From Podarcis cretensis (taxonomy: Eukaryota), in NCBI GenBank assembly GCA_951804945.1, contig OX638157.1:62744001-62808000 (forward strand): DNA of 64,000 bases, read 5' to 3'. The first letter of the stretch is position 1. Every line of letters starts with the position of its first letter. The notes beneath the pieces are model-generated. The model made no database searches, was not told the origin of the DNA, and worked only from the letters and a program-made list of their open reading frames with translations. The position numbers were made by a program, and so were the translations under genes. Below are positions 62,106 through 64,000 of this stretch, one piece after another.

Positions 62106-64000
62106 ATATCCTAATCATGGATCTCCTGTGTTACATTTAGTCTGGCCCTCAGTTGTACTAGGCCAATGCCAGGAAGTGTAAGCAAATGGGGGAGGGGGGA
62201 GGCTTTGAGGCAGTTCCAGGAAGCTGAAGCTGTGGGAAAGGGAATGTAAAACTTGGTGGATAATATTTATGTGTCTTGGAACATATAAAAGTTACCGCAG
62301 TGTGGAAAGAGTTCAGATTATATATAATTTTTCATTTTATAGCGGCATTATTACCGGAGACAGGTTTATATTTGGTAGCAGCTGTTCTCTAAAATGTCAC
62401 ATTGACTGAATGCTGGAGCCAATGCAGAGTTTTGAAACCTAAAGGGAATAATCTTCTTTATGTGTCCAGATAGGAATTACACAATGTAGTAAGAAGTGAT
62501 TTATTTATTGTCCAATCAATAAAAATGTGAGATGTGAAGGGGAATTCTATAAGCCACACTATACTGGTAGTGAACGAATGGTTCTATGCTCACCCCAAAC
62601 CTGAGTAAAAAAGCAGTTTTGTTTCAACAAGTCAGTGATTCTTTGTACCTATAGAGATTTGAATTTACTATGTTTCCCTTATGACCATTCGTTCAGCTAG
62701 TGCTGGGCCAAAATCTGTCTGCAGTTTATCAAAAGTTGTCTTCCTCTGAGACAGAGGCTCCATTTTTATGCTTCCATTTTTATACCTCGTTCCAAGGACA
62801 AATGAGAATTTCTTTAGAAAATTCTAAATGAGGGTTTTGAGCTTACCTTACCATTGTGAAGTGGCCAGGAGCGGTGAATTCATTTTACCTTCCAGTAAAC
62901 ACTTTTTCAGCATTCTGCAGCCTATCTGGTTGCCCCTGTATCTTGGAGGAAAATGGAGGGAGATTGAGGGAGAACCAAATCAGATCGCCTGGAAATGTGT
63001 GGCAAGGGGTTCATGATTATTTGAGCCATGCAGACATATGGGACAATCAGGGTAGTCACTAATGTTGCTAATATAGTGATAGAGAGCTCAACAAAAGTTT
63101 GTGATGGGAAGAGTAGAGAGTCCCCAAGGGGCCCAAAAACATGTTCCTGTTATTAGAGGATTCCATGGGATCACATGTTTGGAGAATAAGAAGGAATTTG
63201 GTGGAAGCAGAACATGGCGTTATTCCTGCGAGGCTGAGCAATTCTGCTAACCATGCACTTAAAGTTATTCCATGTCAACGGATGGGATTGACAACACATA
63301 TTGAGATGATGGAACAATTGCAAGTGCGTAGCCCAACTTTGTCAGAATATGGCACAGAGACAAACAATGAATAAGGAACAGAAATATGTTTCTGGAGAAA
63401 TTGCCACCCTGGGCTCCTTTGGGAGGAAGGGCAGAATTAATAACGTTCAATACATACATACATACATACATATATGCATACGAAAATCAAAAAGACATCC
63501 ACATCTCACTGTCTTTTCAAAACATGCTAGTATGGATTGAACATAGGATTGCCCGCCAGTAAAAGAAACCTTCCTTAACAGATTGGTGGGGAAATAAAAG
63601 TAAGCGCTGAAGGCATCAGAGAAAAACAGACTAAGGAATTCCATCATCTGCTGCAGCAGCAATAAACAGCTCAGACCTAAAGCTGCCAGCTAGCTCAGAC
63701 ACGAGCGTTTTACTGCCTTAGAGCACAGAGAAGAAAGGTTTGGATGTTTCTCCCTCTGTGTGTTTGTGTGTGTGATCATTTGTGCATTGCCTTTCTGAAA
63801 ACAGGCACTTCATAACTAAAGGTTGTATTTATAGATAAAAACTTGTGATACACTTGGTTTTATGTTGGTTGGAAGATGTTCTTTGAGGATCAGAAGAGAG
63901 CATTCCTGGACCAGCTTTGATTGCTATGCATCATTAGCAGCCGAGGATGAGCCAGGTTGGGATCTTCTTGGTATATTCCCTCCTTGGGAAGTACAGTGGT

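Noticed and set aside
53000-64000. TMEM156, expected head-to-head with KLHL5 from recalled mammalian synteny
   Set aside because: I could not identify any exon by eye; the gene is fast-evolving, so tblastn is needed to exclude it
63994-64000. Start of another CAGTGGT MITE
   Set aside because: Only 7 nt lie within the window, too little to call

Overview
Eukaryotic (vertebrate) genomic DNA, almost certainly a squamate reptile and probably a lacertid lizard (inferred from Sauria SINEs, a Bov-B LINE, and CR1/L2/Penelope and TA-MITE content). The window holds the complete KLHL5 (kelch-like 5; BTB-BACK-6xKelch CUL3 adaptor) gene on the minus strand. It has 11 coding exons with GT-AG boundaries (ATG 35558 to TAA 1731; 2130 nt; 709 aa) and a CpG-island promoter with a probable non-coding first exon at about 51.9-52.7 kb. 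The rest is intronic or intergenic and dense in transposons: a full-length ORF-intact Bov-B/RTE LINE in intron 2, its partner Sauria SINEs (5 copies), many Tc1/mariner- and hAT-derived MITEs (several nested), a 1.5-kb foldback element, a solo LTR, and L1/CR1/L2 fragments. A Penelope relic retains a minimal hammerhead ribozyme fold. I found no convincing wholly new gene system. The most notable signals are RNA-structural or TE-related: the hammerhead motif, the intact sense-oriented Bov-B, the foldback palindrome, a templated insertion, a promoter-proximal duplication and uORFs. Nearly all short ORFs in the supplied track are spurious.
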